A stretch of DNA of 55,181 nt, from contig JBAYIZ010000007.1 of the NCBI GenBank assembly GCA_041665405.1, forward strand, positions 1-55,181, read 5' to 3'. The notes beneath the pieces are model-generated. The model made no database searches. It was not told the origin of the DNA and saw only the letters and a list, made by a program, of their open reading frames with translations. Below, one piece after another: positions 54,071 to 55,181 of the stretch. A program made the position numbers and the translations under genes. Within the stretch, counting starts at the first letter, position 1; the number at the start of each line of letters is the position of its first letter. The stretch is from Candidatus Magasanikiibacteriota bacterium. Its GTDB lineage: Bacteria; Patescibacteriota; Patescibacteriia; Magasanikbacterales; GWA2-37-8.

Positions 54071-54077
54071 TTAGTAT

Positions 54078-54464
54078 ATGAATATATTAGCTGTGGACTT
54101 CGGCACAAAAAATATTGGATTGGGCTGGTGCGATACGGGTATCAATGTGGTTTTGCCATATGGGGTGATTGACAATAAGGATAAAATTAAGGCCAAAAGG
54201 GAATTGGTGGATTTGATCAAGACCGAGAAGATTCAAAAAGTGGTGGTGGGGTTGCCATATACTATGGATGGTAAGGAAAATGAAAACACTAAAAAGATTC
54301 GAGTGTTTGTTGAGGGTTTTGAAAAAGAGATTGGTATTAAAGTGGAATTTTTTGATGAGCGGTTTACTTCTAAACAAGCGGATCGGATGGAGGGTGGGGC
54401 TAGTCGTGATGAAAAGTCCGCGATGGTGTTGCTTGAAAGTTATTTGGTCAAAAATAAGAAATAA
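54078..54464 (+). CDS. ruvX: Putative pre-16S rRNA nuclease / Holliday junction resolvase-like RuvX (YqgF)
   Basis: 128 aa. ILAVDFGTKNIGLG start and VVGLPYTMDG. Confidence 0.85.
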   Translation: MNILAVDFGTKNIGLGWCDTGINVVLPYGVIDNKDKIKAKRELVDLIKTEKIQKVVVGLPYTMDGKENENTKKIRVFVEGFEKEIGIKVEFFDERFTSKQADRMEGGASRDEKSAMVLLESYLVKNKK

Positions 54465-54467
54465 TGT

Positions 54468-54842
54468 ATGTTAAAATATAATTTGAACAAAATAAAAGGT
54501 GAGAAGAATGATGCCTATGTGAGTAATGCTGTTATGGTTTATGCTGATAAGGAAAATTTGTTTGAAGGAACAATTTTAGAGAAATGTGCTCATGATATTG
54601 ATGCGATAATGATTAATTTAAAACCGACAGAAAAAATTCAACGACACAAACATATAACATCTGAAGAAATAGTTTTGGTATTAAATGGTGTTGGATTTAT
54701 TTCAGAAGAAGAAAAAAATATTCCAGTGGAAACAAATGATTTAATTTTTTTGGAAAAGAATAAAACTCACGGGTTCGAGGCTGGAATTGACGGTCTGAAA
54801 GTGATAGTTTTTCATGGTCCACCCATGCATGAGCGGGTGTAA
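54468..54842 (+). CDS. Cupin-domain protein
   Basis: 124 aa. HKHITSEEIVLVLNG...HGFE pattern resembles cupin motifs 1 and 2. Confidence 0.55.
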   Translation: MLKYNLNKIKGEKNDAYVSNAVMVYADKENLFEGTILEKCAHDIDAIMINLKPTEKIQRHKHITSEEIVLVLNGVGFISEEEKNIPVETNDLIFLEKNKTHGFEAGIDGLKVIVFHGPPMHERV

Positions 54843-54851
54843 TTTATAAAT

Positions 54852-55181
54852 ATGTATTCTTTTATTCTGCATCGGACAGATTTTCGCGAGTATGACCAGA
54901 TTATCACTTTGTATACATTTGAAAAAGGGAAAATAGAAGCACAGGCACGCGGTATAAAAAAGATCATTAGCAAAAATTCGGCTTATTTAGAGCCGTTTTT
55001 TTTAGTTGAGGCGGATATTATTCCCGGTAAGGAAATCAATCATCTTACCAAAGTGGTGCCAGTGGTTTGTTATAAAAATATTTTGAATGATTTTAATAAA
55101 ATGATGTTGGTAAAAACAGTATTTAGTTGGTTGTCGGTTTTGATTCGCAACAACGAACCAGATAATAAAATATTTTTATTG
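54852..55181 (+). CDS. recO: DNA repair protein RecO (5' part; runs off the window)
   Basis: The N-terminus MYSFILHRTDFREYDQIITLYTFEKGKIEAQARG is typical of the RecO OB-fold. Confidence 0.75.
   Translation, partial: MYSFILHRTDFREYDQIITLYTFEKGKIEAQARGIKKIISKNSAYLEPFFLVEADIIPGKEINHLTKVVPVVCYKNILNDFNKMMLVKTVFSWLSVLIRNNEPDNKIFLL

Noticed and set aside
1-55181. Alternative genetic code (UGA or UAG reassignment).
   Set aside because: Large conserved genes (rpoB, rpoC, gyrA, ftsH, thrS) are uninterrupted under the standard code and end at positions consistent with homolog lengths. The only suspicious in-frame stop is the TAG at 51369, which is treated as a local issue.
1-55181. Diversity-generating retroelement, retron, integron cassette array or prophage as the explanation for the GC-rich islands.
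   Set aside because: No reverse transcriptase, integrase, template/variable repeat pair, attC-like conserved ends or phage structural genes were seen. The islands share no flanking repeat.

Overview
AT-rich, gene-dense bacterial window. Gene content suggests a small-genome CPR/Patescibacteria (Parcubacteria-like) organism: TrmB-like regulators, a FemAB-like transferase, a DUF4012 surface protein, an orphan PilB ATPase and intein-bearing gyrA. That assignment is inference only. The standard genetic code fits, since rpoB, rpoC, gyrA and ftsH read as long intact ORFs.

Core genes: rpoB-rpoC, gyrA (interrupted by a 391-aa HNH-type intein), rpsA, ftsH, thrS, miaA, adk, map, yebC, ruvC, ruvX, recO (3' partial), nusB, rnc, rpmF and four tRNAs (Leu-UAA, Arg-UCG, Lys-CUU, Arg-CCG). 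There is also an envelope and polysaccharide block with three GT-1 glycosyltransferases, a priming sugar transferase and two large surface proteins.

Main hunt results:
1. Four short, visibly GC-enriched single-gene islands (about 1090-1700, 2715-3235, 12005-12830 and 51290-52046). Each sits behind a host-type TTGACA-N17/18-TAnAAT promoter and ends in a GC-rich hairpin. Two are divergently paired with TrmB-like regulators through inverted repeats over the -35 boxes. One has an in-frame TAG splitting its reading frame. One cannot be assigned to a strand, or even to protein versus RNA, from sequence alone.
2. A candidate T-box leader with an ACC (Thr) specifier in front of a GNAT-thrS pair.
3. 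A family of long intergenic hairpin elements. Two copies have different stems but the same apical loop ends.
4. An unannotated 24-codon Lys-rich ORF with the best Shine-Dalgarno in the window and its own terminator.
5. A soluble MgtE-N/CBS protein translationally coupled to an NRAMP-like transporter that lacks the canonical DPGN and MPH metal-site motifs.

No CRISPR array, transposase, reverse transcriptase or rRNA was seen. All functional calls rest on motif recognition by eye, and no database search was possible.
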